Source: Antedon mediterranea
Lineage: Eukaryota > Animalia > Echinodermata
NCBI RefSeq assembly: GCF_964355755.1
Contig: NC_092674.1
Span: 25,234,001 to 25,298,000 of the forward strand
Direction of reading: 5' to 3'
Length of the DNA: 64,000 nucleotides
Position numbers and translations under genes: made by a program. Positions within the stretch are counted from its first letter, which is position 1. Each line of letters begins with the position of its first letter. This document shows positions 14,592-27,893 of this stretch, piece by piece. The notes below the pieces were generated by a model. The model saw only the letters and a list, made by a program, of their open reading frames with translations, ran no database searches and was not told the origin of the DNA.

Positions 14592-15119
14592 CAGAGCGGT
14601 TGCGACTCGCACTGCTCTCTAGGCTAGCAATTAATTACGTGTTGTAGGAATCGTACATTTCAATGGCTCGCTGCCTGAGAGCGCGCTGCCTGAGACAACT
14701 ACTAGCTCCTTGCACAAAACAGACAGAGGAGGCTTACAATTTCCCGCATAAGAGCGGCTAAACCCAAAAAGCGGAGAACTTGTGAAGGGTTTCTTGGAAG
14801 AAGTATTTTTACTTTCTCTCGCCATGGAGTAATATATTAATTAATTTTATTTCCATGGAGGAATTGGCCTCTCTCAATGTTTATTTACGTTTCGCGTACG
14901 TTTCATGCATTAATTTCAATTTCACGTGGGAAAAATCTTTTTAGGGCCTTCATGACGGCAACATCGGGTTGGCACGGTCGAAATACACTTTTGTCATCGT
15001 CATCCTTTTATATACTGTCAAAAAAAACTACTAAATTAAGATAATTCTGAAAATTGCAGTTTGCAAATAATTATTACGGATTTGTTTAAATGTTTATAAT
15101 AATAATAATAATTTACTTG

Positions 15120-15452
15120 TTCACTGTTCTCCACTCGCGCCAAATTGGGTCCACTTGAGCACAGTGTATTAACATACTAAAAGATATTAAAATTAAGTGG
15201 CTTTATTTCTATTTTATATCACTGTGCTCCACTGGCGCCAAATTTGGTCCCCTTGAGCACAGTGTATTAATACGAAAATATTGAATCTTAAGTGACTTTA
15301 TTTTTATTTTATATCACTGTGCTCCCCTGGTGCCAAATTGTGTCCACTTGAGCACGGTGTTTTAACATACGAAAAGATATTATAATTTAGTGACTTTATT
15401 TCTATTTTATATCACTGTGCTACCCTGGTGCTAAATTGGGTCCACTTGAGCA
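15120..15452. repeat. ~97-bp minisatellite (about 3.5 units) with internally palindromic units, near the right end of the Harbinger
   Basis: Units begin CACTGTGCTC at about 15122, 15220, 15315 and 15413 and contain GAGCACAGTG. Confidence 0.8.
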
Positions 15453-16024
15453 GTTACCGTAGTATTATTTCTATTATTGAAGTTAATAAAGGCATAAATG
15501 GCGCTCCGTAGGAATGAATGCTCCAGTCGTCAGAATGACGCTCTGAATATACCTCTTATTTTTGTACACACAAATAATGCCCTCAACGGTGGTAACTAAG
15601 GTTTTCTAAAGTCTTTATAATGCAATCCGCCCAAGGATTATAATTGTCTGCAATCAAAAACAATTAAAAGATAACATGATATACCGTAATGCATACTGCT
15701 AAAAATTATTAATAGGTCTAAGTGAAAAGATTAAATTAATCAATTAAAGGATTTTGTTGTAGGTATAGGCCTAACTAGTTGGAATGTTTGCATGCGTCGT
15801 GATGATGTTATTGTCTCTTTGTTGCCAACACAACAATAGGCGTCATGAATTGACAACGAATATGATGCAATATTATTGACTTGACTTATGTTACAGTTGC
15901 TATTATATTTCTTCGCATTAAGACGTATAACATCATTAACACCAAGTTTACATGAGGCGCATGTTACTAAGCACTAACTGATTCTGGAGAATACACAAGT
16001 GAACATTTGTGAACTTTAGTGAAT

Positions 16025-19000
16025 ATGTTTGCTAAACGTTTTCCAAGCTGTATTCGCCTGGTCATAGGCCTAGCTTTCTCTTTGACGTTTCAATCCGGGT
16101 CATCAGGTATGCTACACAGGCTTACACACAGTGTAGAATTATTATTTTTAAATATTTTTTTTGCGCCTTATTACTTTTTTTGTTTTTGTGTAGGAAGTCG
16201 ATTTTTATTTTTAATATTTATAAAATGCCAGATTATAATTAAAATATATATTATTTAAATTAAATCAACTTTGATATCCGGAAAGCAACTGTTTTCTCGA
16301 AAAATTTCCTATATATTACCCACCGTTCACTTACTTGATTAACGTATAATATTAAAAGTAAAGTGACTAAAATAAGTAATTAAAATATTATTATTTTTTA
16401 GATCCATTAAATATAGTCGTTTTTTCTGGCTCACCACTGACATCATCTAGTACTGATAATTACTTTCAAGGATACGTACTTCAAAACGACAAAGACATTC
16501 GAGATTTGTCAGTTGGAATATTATACAAGAATATTGATGGGAAAGATAACGTCACTTGGGATGATACTGGCTATGTAAGTGGTGGTAGCTCAAGAGATAT
16601 GCCAGACGGTAAAATATTTAACACAAGTAGCAACATTGTATACCGAGTACACACCGATTTCACGTTCCTAGGTGTTAGTAACTTACAACCCCAGACTGAT
16701 AGAGTTGGTGTATTTTCATTTAAAGCAAAAAGAGAGGAAGTAGTCACAAATTCAGCAATTGTATTGGTCTCCGAATCTGGTGAGTAATGCCATAAAATAC
16801 ACTAGTATACAAATAATGCCATGAGGTAAATGATTATTAAATGGTTACATTTCAACGAGGCGAGCCGAGTTGATAACCTTTCATCATTTACCAAATGCCA
16901 TTATTTTGTACCATTACACAAATACAAATCATTCATTATTTTGTATTATATGATTTCTGTCAATTGAATCAGATTGAATTGAATCATAAGGCCTCTAGTA
17001 GCCTATAGCCTACATTTAATTGACATTGAAACAGTTTTTTAAAATAATATATTATTTATTATATTTATTTGGATTGAAATACAGTTTATAAATTTAAAAA
17101 AAGAGAAATAGATTTCATAAAATACCACTGTTATCTAAATGATTAAAAGTACTATTTATATATATATACTGTATATTTACTATTATTTTAATTTTTAAAC
17201 ATATTTTGTCACAACATTGTCAAATTCAATCAAATAATAATGATACTACATGTTTATTAAATGATAAAAACGAGTGTTTTGTTTAACCTCATTCAAAGAA
17301 TTTTAATAAATTATTTTCCCGTGTGTTTGACAGTCCTTCTGCAGTGTGTTGACCAATCAAAGGGCAAGAATCCAAAATCGTTCAACCGTGAGCCCTCATA
17401 CTCTCTTTTCCCAAAGGCGATATTTCGTACACGGAAAGTACTATTGAACGGCCGTTCAATAGTGCATACTATTGTACACCATGTGACACACAATCGTCAA
17501 ATGACAGGAATTTATTTTGGTGTTACAATATCTCATCTTATCAATTATCTATTTTTGTTTTTGATATAATTTTCAATTCGAAATCTTGACATAGTTAGAA
17601 CCCTGCCTCTCTTCGTCTGTTTTATTCACACTTTAAAAATTTCATTTTAATAATATACAAATAATGAATGTTTATGAGTGTAATGGTACAAATAATGGCA
17701 CGAGGTGAATGATGAAAGGTTATATTTCAACGAGGCGATGAGCCGAGTTGAAATATAACCTTTCATCATTCACCAAGTGCCATTATTTGTACCATTACAC
17801 GAATACAAAACATTCATTATTTGTTTTATATAACATCTAAATAAATTCTTGTCATTTGAATCAAATAAAAGGTAGCCCTAGCCAAAGCCTACTACATTTC
17901 ATTCACATTGATTAAAAACAGTAACATTTGGTTTTTAATAATTTTATATTAAATGTTATATTTATATGGATTTCGTAAACACACCTACTTTTGTGTTAAT
18001 TATGTTAACAAACGACCAAACAATCCTAGGCCTAGCAAGGCTAAAACGCCTAAGCTAGGCCTAATACTAGCATGGCCTAGGCTAGACCTAGTAACCTAGT
18101 ACTAGCTTGGCTGAAAGGCAAAACTTCGACAGACAATTGGAACTTATCTTGGCTAATTATGGTTTTTCCAACAATTCCACGTCTTGTAGGGATGTCCCCA
18201 TTAATTAATCAAAATCCTAAAAACGATCTAAAGCTAATTTAAACGCCTTTTTGAATGAAATTAGTACATATATGTCCAAATCGTACACAAATATCTGCTG
18301 CTGTTGCATATCTCGCGGTGGTGTTTACAAATGAAACCGAGACTGGACAACAGGTGGCGCTGTTGTATTTCACAGTACAGAGCCATATCATAGGGTAATT
18401 TGTGTACTAGATTTTTTTTTCATCCGCAAGACGTTTTTTTTTTCGTACACAAAAATGTTTCAAAAAGTACTATTAAACGATCGTTTAATAGTGCGTACTA
18501 TTGCACGCCATGTGACCCACAATCGTCCAATCAAATGACAGGAATTTATTTAGGTGTTATATAATACTGTATAATATACTGCAGTATATTAAAATGAAAT
18601 TTATTAATATTATATAATAATTGTTTGAAATAATGAAATTGGAGCATAATACTGTAGTTGATACATTATTAAGTAACGCTGTTACACTTTAGTAGTATAA
18701 ACGTTATTATTTACAGCCACTAATGCTATGGAGTACAGAACGATAACCGTCGGTATTGGAGAGTCTGTTACTATCAATCTTAGTAAAGGTGGCTTTCTTA
18801 ACGATTTACGTTGGAGACATAATTATGGCGAGGAAATTGGCACTCTTAGGGGTAGTACGTCTGCTGTGATTAATAACATACGGATGAAAGATGATGGCGT
18901 ATATGAATGTTATACAGGTGATAGCCCAGATGGTAAACATGGTATCATGAGACTTATTGTTAGAGGTAAGTTCTGAAAGTGCGTTTAATTGATGATGCAT

Positions 19001-22000
19001 TATAACTCCACACTCTTCTTAAGGTTCTTGAAAAAGAAAAATGTTATTCTAACATTCTGTGAGATCATTAATTGCAAATAGCATAATAGCAATATGTTTT
19101 GTATTTGGTAATTAGATGTTTTGCCCTACTCTGACGTAATTTGTACTTTATACTAAGTACATTTGGGTAATTTGAGTCGTGGGTTCGAATCCCACCCGAG
19201 AACTACTTGCGAATTTTTTCGCAAGCTTTCTCAAATGTACTTAGTATAACGTACAAATTACGTCAGAGTAGGGCAAAACATCTAATTACTCAACTCCCTG
19301 ACGCAAAACTACAATTACAATCCTATTTGTATTGGTTTAGAAAATCATGTTTAAACTCAAATCCGGTCATAATGATGAAATGTTAAATTTTCTATTTTGT
19401 CTATTAGCTTGCCCTTCACCAAAATGGAATCCTCCAGATTGTGAAATGGACTGTCACGTATGTTATAATGGTGGAATTTGTGACGATAAGACGGGTGTTT
19501 GTATTTGTCCAGCAGGGTTCCAAGGCAGCGATTGTCTACAAAGTAATAACATAATTATTATTATAAATCATAGTTTTTAATTTTATTTTATATAACTCAT
19601 TCTAAATGTGATGATGATTTCTGGTCTGTGATTACACTTTATTCACAATAATAGTGAAATTTGTGATTACAAGACGGGTGTCTGCATTTGCCCAGCAGGA
19701 TTTAAATCAATAATTGTACGTCTAACCGGTAATAACATAGTTTTGTTTAAAATCATTCTAAATTGATTTATGCGGATTGGTGGTCGATGGTCAAGAACTT
19801 ATTTCACTTACCACTAGTCAATTACAAATAATGTAATAGTAAAATAAAGCTGTTTTCAAATTAAGTAAAACATATAATTGAAAGCAATCTGTGTTTGTTG
19901 GTATTTCTACATGTATCATGCATTTTTAAAATTTGTTATTTGCACAGGTTGTGGAAATAACTATTATGGTCGTGATTGCCAAATTATATGTAGTTCTAGA
20001 GGATTTTGCGATGGACATCTGATATGTCCACCAGATCCAATTGGATGTGCATGCATCAATGGTTTTGGAGAAAATGATTGTAAAAAAGGTTTGTTTTTCG
20101 TAACTTTTCATTAAATGGAAATTAGTTTATAGTTTAACTTTGTTTACTGTTTATTTATTTAATTTATTTTTTTATTTTTTTTGCTATACCTGTAGGGCAG
20201 TCTTTTCTTAAACACTTTTTCATAATTTTCTAATATTCTTCTATATTTCTCTTTGATCTACTAAAACTTTACACACATAAGTAATAAAAATGAGCGAGGA
20301 CAGACTTTTAAACATTTTGTGCCTGTTTATAGTTTGTTGCCGAAACCACTAAGCCACTTTCATTAATGGTAGTTATAGGCTTACTATTCTATTAGTATGA
20401 ACAAAATATAAAATTGTCTATGGTTTTAAATATTTCAAAACATAACAAAATGACTATTATGTTTTTAAGTGTGTACGGATTTATACCCAGACGACACCAA
20501 TGTCCCAGATGAGGATTTATACTATGGAGCAGATTGTCGGCAAAAATGTAACTGTGCCAATGAAGATTGTAATCGAAGTCTAAGCCTATCCAATCAAGAT
20601 ATAGGATGTACTTCCGGGTCAACATGTTTGACTGGTTACACTGGAAACAAATGTCTAGGTAGTATGATGATGTTCAGATAAATATCAATATTATACAGGT
20701 AGAATGTCATCAAGCAGATTGCATGTGCGTTTTTTCTCATTCCTACATATTTCCTCAATCTCGGTGTTTACAAAATATTTAATTTCCAGTATAAGGCCTA
20801 TCATATATATACATATAATATTAGACCACTGGGCTTTCATGGTATGGGTCAATTCGATAACGACTCTAACACCATTGGCGTTGTGCGGAGAAACAACACT
20901 AGTAGGCCTATTTAGTTTGTACGAGCGATCAACTTACGCCCTCATCTTTAAGATTATTGAAAACCTATAAATAGGCGTAAACAAATAATTACTGTAAGGA
21001 TTTTTTTTAATACGTAGGGTATTCTTGACATTACAGATTACATTTTTTTCATTTTTAAAATGTTATTTTTTACCACGTCGTTACCTACACAAATATTGCA
21101 TTTTGTACAGAACCTACGTCATGTCCTTCTGGATTCTTTGGTGTTTTGTGTAACTTTCCATGTCACTGCAAAGACTCTGAAGATTGTAATCGAGATGGAA
21201 GTTGTACTAATGAATGCCACGAGGCTTGGTCTGGACCAAGGTGCAGCATAGGTAACGAAACACTTATGATTTCTTATAAAGTATAGACGTGACCCTTACT
21301 CGATGTATATAGAGTATCATTTAAGCCTTGCATACTACCTGAAATGAATATTATTGGAGCCTGAGAAGAAGTCACATCTTTTATGGTATTAGTCCTGGTA
21401 CTTTTATTGTTAGTTTAAGCCTATGGAAAGTTATACTTTCATTCTCAATAAAATATGGTATGATGGCTATGTAGAATCATCTCACTGTGCCTAGCGAATT
21501 TCTTTTTCAATTTCATAATTAGCACTACCATACCGTTCTGAAACGCCAACTGTTGTAAACCAGACAGCCACTACTCTAATGTTTAACGTCACTTGGATTC
21601 TTGGTGAAGACTACGGAACAGGAACAATTAAAAATCGGAAGCTTGCATATAAATCGTCGCAAATGGATTCATTTATATCAGTAAATGAACCAGATGATGA
21701 TGTATTTCTTGTTATTGATGATCTCACCCCAAATACGCAATATAAATTCTACTCTCAACTCTCAAGGATGGTTGGTGGTATTGAGGTAGATGGGCCAAAA
21801 AGTACACTCGGAACAACCAATACCATCTGTTCAGGTAAACTCTAATATCTGATCTTTCTTTCATTCATTCAATCAATCAATCAATCGTTCGATTTATATA
21901 GCGGCATTCCAACATTCATTGCTCATGGCGCTGTAGAAAAATGACCAAACAAAACATCCTAGTCCTACCATGCAGTAACGTAACACAGCATTTTTTAAAC

Positions 22001-24415
22001 GTAATTTGTGTCAAGTCATAACAATTAATTACATTTCTTCTGTATTGTTTTTGGGGATTGTTTTTATTTTATCCAATAAAATATTTCCGCTAGCTTTACA
22101 TCAATTGTGTAAATGGTTTTAAAAAATCATTATTAATTGATTGTGAGGCTACTTCATTTATTTCTTAGTACTAATCAATTACATATTTATAGAACCTCTT
22201 GACGTACCTGAGATAGATTTTAAAACAGTTGAAGACAATCGTATCATCTTGAGTCTAAAGGTACAGTGACATCAAGTTTTAAATAAACTACATTGTAGGT
22301 TATATGAAATTCTCTATTGACATTCATGAAAACAATAGCTGATGATTATATTATATAATAGACTTATTTATTTCTATTAAACTATGTTCTTCAGCCAGTT
22401 TCTAGTGAGTATAATCGAATCCAATGTAACTATATTCTTCAATATCAAGTGAAATATTCGGACATAGATGGAAATGTACAAGGCTTAGACAGCCCAAGTA
22501 GTGCTCAATTAGAAGTTGAATTTTCGGATCTGTCAAGCTGTACTGCGTATGTTATAAATGCTCGGGTTGTTAATAACATGGATTTTGCTGGGAGTTGGGG
22601 ACAGGACATAACAGTACAAACAGCACCCTCAGGTTGGTTGATTAGTTACTCGCTAAGTAACGTGGTCTATAAATAAAACATTTTGTTTTTGTCGTAAAAA
22701 TACTACTATTTACTTTTTTCCTCATATAACTGTATTTAATAGGCTTTATTTTGAATAATTGATTTTGTATTCCAATAATAGAGCCATTGATAGAAAGTAA
22801 TCCATTCACAAATGGAACGCATTTGCTGATAAAGTGGAAAACTTCTATGTGCGAAAATCAGGTGATCTACTATTATGACCTGTCAGGTGATGGATTAGTT
22901 TTGCAAGGGAACACAACAGAAACTGAAGTTGTATTTGGAGAAGGAATAGAGTCAAGTAAAGAATATACATTCACAGTATTAGCGTCATATCTAAATGTCA
23001 ATGGGACGTCAGAAAACACGAAAGTTATGTTTGAATCCGATTGTGATCAAATGAAAGGTATGCTATATTGGGTTATAATAGTAGACCTAATTCGACTTTT
23101 TGTTGTTAAGGAACATTGTACATGGTCCAGAAAATACTACGTTTTGTCTCAAGGGATATGACCATATCATAGCTGTTGGCTTGTTAATCTTGGTTCCCAC
23201 TAGAAGAACAATCTTGCCGCAACGTAATTTCATGTACCAAAAGAACAAGCGCAAGCAGAACACAAATCAGCTTTCCGCAGTTTTGCGTTGCTTGTGGCAG
23301 ACCTTATGTCGTTTTCGTAATAGATTCAACTTTACGCACCGCAAACTGGCAAACGCAAGGAATATGTTATTTGCGCATGCTCATCAAGGGGATGTCAATT
23401 TTTGTCACACATGCTTAATGTATATATTATTTGGCTATGTGATACGCCAGAAGCCATGTTTCGACTACATTGTAGTAGGCCTACCTAATTTTTGTGAAAT
23501 TAAAAAAAAAAGATTTTCTTACTTTGCCCTGCGGCAGCTTAAGCACGGCGTAAATAAATATTTAAATTTTACATAATATAAATAAATGTGTTCTTATATT
23601 TTTCAGGTTACATAATAGGTTTTGTAATTGGTCCAGTTATCACAGTTGCTATCACCTTAATATATAAACGGTAAATAATAAATTGAAAAACATTTTTAGA
23701 CGCGACACATTAAATGATATAGTTACAATAACGATGGAAATATGTAATTCAACTTTAATAAATACAATGGTCTATATAAATAATACAAAATGAGATTAAT
23801 AAAAACTATACCATTGAAATTTAAATACAGTAACTTGGGAAATGTACACAAAATGTGTTAATTAGTTCGCTATCGAATTAATTAATATGTAACAGGATAT
23901 TACATGACGATTTTTGAACTTTTGTAAAACTTCCACTAAGAGAGGTTTGGAAAAAGGTCAAATATTAAACATGCCCAATGAATAAACATGCCCAATCAAT
24001 CTGCACTTATACTAACTTGTTTTATTGTTGTTTTGTTTTCATTTTTTTATATCTGTTTTTGTGTACTAATTACAGTATACATTGTTTTATTTATTTATTT
24101 TCATGGATGCACAAATTGTTTTTGAGTGCTATCGATATAATGGTGTATGTTCAAAGAATGAATGAATATTAATTCTTTCATCTTACCGACACCTGACTTC
24201 CCGACACACTTTGTGTACATCTCCGACTTTCACTTCCAAATCTCATTGTTTTATTATTAATCATATTGTTCTGTATAGAACATTGTTATTGTGCAAGTTT
24301 TATCGACTATATTGCCACCATAACTAAAGACACATTATATTGTTCTCATTGTTATAATTAAATATAACCACTACTCACACTTTTTACTAATTTTAGATTT
24401 AGACGTAAACATTGA
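16025..24415 (+). CDS. Receptor paralog B: complete ectodomain plus TM, essentially no cytoplasmic tail
   Basis: Exons at about 16025-16106 (signal peptide MFAKRFPSCIRLVIGLAFSLTFQSGSS), 16402-16779, 18717-18965 (Ig-like: LRWRHN, DDGVYECY), 19408-19542, 19948-20088, 20470-20658, 21111-21251, 21523-21834, 22193-22260, 22395-22632, 22782-23057, 23607-23670 (TM GYIIGFVIGPVITVAITLIYKR) and 24397-24415 (RFRRKH-TGA). No frame disruption was seen before the final stop. Confidence 0.82.
16805..18565. repeat. Two related interspersed repeat copies with long internal hairpins in intron 2 of paralog B
   Basis: A hairpin centred on TTCAACGAGGCG..AGCCGAGTTGA at about 16850-16875 and 17725-17752 (arms of about 70 bp, 17659-17822). 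Both copies share a 3' block (tagtgc.tactattg.ac.ccatgtgac.cacaatcgtc...aaatgacaggaatttatt) at about 17460 and 18490. Confidence 0.65.
19108..19289. repeat. Foldback of a SINE-like fragment: 58-bp inverted arms around a Pol III B-box
   Basis: Arms at 19108-19165 and 19232-19289 are near-perfect reverse complements; the loop contains GGTTCGAATCC. Confidence 0.7.
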
Positions 24416-24708
24416 GAAAGGGACGTTGGTAATTCCTCAGTTGAACTCAATGCAAGATAGAGAGTGATAGACCGGGCGCCCAGAAGATTTATTCATGTGA
24501 AAAGCCACAAAAGGTCTGATGGGCTGATTATGTAGATATATGGCCAAGATTCAATAATCAATATTGCTGCCGGGTCCTATCCTGTAAATTTACCCTGGGG
24601 ACACCAAATAAGAGGGGTAAAAAATGGATTTAATCATGTGAAAAGCCACACGGATAAAAGTTGCTGGACATTGTTCCCATATGTGTATACAATATGTTAA
24701 AACAGCAA

Positions 24709-25375
24709 TGACAGCAACTTTATTCTGTAAGTTGCCCGAGACAGTAGCCCCAAGTGACCACTAAAAAATGGTGTTATTCATGTCAAGAGCCACACGGCTA
24801 ATTCCTTTTGCATTGCAACTGTTACACATTGGGGTGCACAAAATATCATTGACAGCAACTTTATCCTGTAAGTTGCCCCAAACAGTAGCCCCAGACAGTA
24901 GCCCAGATGCCCGTTGGGCCATACAAAATTTAATCACACGAAGAGCCACACGGCCAATTCCTTTTTTATTGGAACAGTTACGTCTTGGGATAGACAAAAA
25001 TACTCATGACAGCAACTTTATCCTGTAAGTTGCCCCAGACAGTAGCCCCAGGCAGTAGCCCAGAAATGCCCGTTGGGTCCGGGCCTACAAGATTTATTCA
25101 CACGAAGAGCCACACGGCCAATTCCTTTTTTATTGGAACTGTTACGTCTTGGGATAGACGAAAATACTCATGACAGCAACTTTATCCTGTAGGTTGCCCC
25201 AGACAGTAGCCCCAGAGACAGTAGCCCAGAAATGCCCGTTGGGTCCGGGCCTACAAGATTTACACGAAGAGCCACACAGCCAATTTCCTTTTATTGGAAC
25301 TTTTATGACTTGAAATATACGAATGTATTTACGACAGCAACTTTAGCACGTTTCCCCAGTCAGTAGCCTAGCCAC
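24709..25375. repeat. ~160-bp tandem repeat (4-5 units) in the repeat block just 3' of the paralog B stop
   Basis: GACAGCAACTTTATCCTGTAAGTTGCCCC recurs with variants at about 24710, 24851, 25009, 25173 and 25333. Confidence 0.8.
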
Positions 25376-26362
25376 TTTCCGGCTATTGCACGAATAATAG
25401 GATAAGCTTTTAAACTAAACAAATTAGAATAAATTTCTGATTTATTTAGTCGACTTTAGTCAAGTTTTCGTTTAAATAAAACTGAGAACGTAATAAACGG
25501 TCTTTAAAAATAGCCCCTTTATTTACAGTAAACCCAATTAATACAGTGTGGAACAAAACAATACTTGGTACATTGATGTATATATATCAAATGTTAACAA
25601 CTATTTTCCTACCAATATTTCAGTTAGGCCTATGCAAAGAATGTGGTTTACAGTGATAATATTAAGTTTGATTTCAATCTAATTTAAGTTGTTTCAAAAC
25701 TAAATTTTCGTAACATTAACTAAAAAACAACAAGTTTGGTTTCACAATCTATTTAAAAGGTGTGTAAGCTGTTTCAACTAAATTTCGTAACATCAACTCA
25801 AAATATAACAAGAAGCATTAACTAACAATAATAATTATAACCTTGATCCATCAGTAAGTTTTAAATGTAGTAATATCAAATGAAAAATATAAAACTATGA
25901 TACTAAAAGTATTAACTAACAATTAATTCTAACATCGGATTCCTTATAAAACAAGTTTGTCAGTAGTGTTCAGTATCAGTAGAGAGGGCGCTGCACTGTG
26001 GCGACCAGAATTCTGGAAAATTTGTCTATAGTATAAGATTGTTCTTTTTCTCACTTTATGCACCCATTATATATATATACTTTTCTGTCTGTACGTTTTT
26101 ACTCGGGGTACCCGAGTCTAGTACTTACTCATTTTCTCCTCCACCATCTGGACACTATTGAGTAAAAAGTGCGATTTTTAAAGTACTACTCCTCCCTTAT
26201 TAGTTGTAGTATTGAGCTGGGATTTGGCATGAACATACTACAGGGACATGTCCTCAAAGCTATAGAGCCGGATTTTTAATTTTTTGTTAATTAATTTGTT
26301 TAATTAAGAATCCACAATGTGTGACACACACCACAGCATTATGTAGTTATATGGTTATATCC

Positions 26363-26434
26363 GGCTTCTTGGCGTAGTGGTTATCACGTTTGCTCAATAC
26401 GCAGAAGGTACCTGGTTCGAGCCCGGGCTAAACC
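26363..26434 (+). pseudogene. tRNA-Val-derived pseudogene (degenerate)
   Basis: GGCTTCTTGGCGTAGTGGTTATCACG...GGTTCGAGCCCGGGCTAAACC followed by a T-run; A and B boxes present, acceptor stem and anticodon loop mutated. Confidence 0.7.
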
Positions 26435-26579
26435 TTTTTTTTAAACTTTATGGTGAAAAGTACTGTATACGCAATATGATAATTATACACAGTATATCTT
26501 ATTATTATTTTTTTAAATACTTATTTTGTGTAATCGGTAATTATCACTTTTACACATGTTTATTTTGCTTTGTGCTTAT

Positions 26580-27172
26580 TGTGATATAAAGATATACTTT
26601 TATATTTAAGAAATTGACCTTTGTATCGGAATTAAATAGGTTCACAAACTTGACCCAGAAAGTCCAAAGGAGAGTTTGTCCAGATGTTTTAATGACCATT
26701 TAGTTTATAATAGAGTCCCTAAAGAAAACACTTAGCTTAATTTTGTGACCTTTCCCATCGTTAAACCAGGAGTGATGGACACTATTTAAGTACAGATTTG
26801 ACAGTGTCATCCATCACAGAAATACCTTATGATACCGTTAATCACTCCCACTTAAACACCCCTGGATCAACTTAGGACCAATCGTTACCCTCACAGATGA
26901 TGTAATGACATTATGCAAATGAACTGAGCCAATATACTCCCAAGTTTCAGAAGGGCCCAGACACACCATACAGCCACTTCTCCAGAAGCAGACTAACACA
27001 CTTCACACCTCACCGACAGCATCATTGATTGTCCGTTCCTTATGTATACTTATAGTTGTATATTGTACTGAAGTATTATACTGAATAAATAATATATGTG
27101 TTACGACAGTCAAGCGAGTTAGAGTCTTTCATTAGTACCTCAACAACGCAACATTATAAACACTATATTACA
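26580..27172 (+). repeat. 5' LTR
   Basis: TGTGATAT...TATTACA; matches 34452-35044; contains ATGCAAAT, CCAAT and AATAAA. Confidence 0.95.
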
Positions 27173-27893
27173 TGGTGGAAGACCCGAATTTCATAAGGAA
27201 CGGAGTGAGAAAACAAGAAATAAACACTTAACAAGACACGAAGACGAAGACGAAGACAAAAATAACCATATTTGTTTGAAAGGAGAGAAATTTACTTTGA
27301 CTCAAAAGACAAGCTGAAATTATATTTGAATGAGATCGAGACAAGCAGAAATTTGATCAAATTATTACCATTGGATGAAGACAAAAAAGATAATCGAGGA
27401 AGACACAAAAGACAAGCTGAAATTATATTTGAATGAAATCGAGACAAGCAGAAATTTTATGAAATTATAACCATTGGATAAAGACAAAGAAGATAATCGA
27501 GGAAGACCCAAGAAGAATCAAAACAGAAGCAAGCGGACAAGAACTGTTTCGTTTAGAGACTTTCAACTTCACGCCGTTTTTTTTCGATCGTTTTTTTTAA
27601 CATTTACCTTTTTTGAACATTGATGAACACCTATCGCATTTTTTTTAATTCGTTGTTTGAAAATTTGAACATTGATGAGCACCTTTAACATTTCTTTAAT
27701 TCGTTGTTTGAACATTTAGACATTTTTTGAACACTTTTTGCATTCCTTTAATTCATTTTTAATTGGATCCGAAGCATTTGGGGTAAGTCAAAACCATTTT
27801 GATTTTGATTTGTAACCTTGATTGAAAAAGTGAGAGTTTACATATATATACACTAAATTGTTTTGATATTTTGATTAATTAATATTATAAAGT

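Larger units (their letters stand above)
6280..15632 (+). mobile_element. PIF/Harbinger DNA transposon (defective, carrying nested insertions)
   Basis: 12-bp TIR GGGCGGATTGCA at 6280-6291 and TGCAATCCGCCC at 15621-15632; flanks CAG/AAG give only an imperfect 3-bp TSD; encloses a HARBI1-type transposase. Confidence 0.75.

Noticed and set aside
15120-15452. Regularly spaced palindromic repeats resembling a CRISPR array
   Set aside because: The intervening sequences are homologous to each other rather than unique spacers, there are no cas genes and the context is eukaryotic; it is a minisatellite.
24709-25375. Repeat array with ORFs 24761-24997 and 24768-25028
   Set aside because: The ORFs are by-products of a ~160-bp tandem repeat, with no recognisable domain and no unique spacers.
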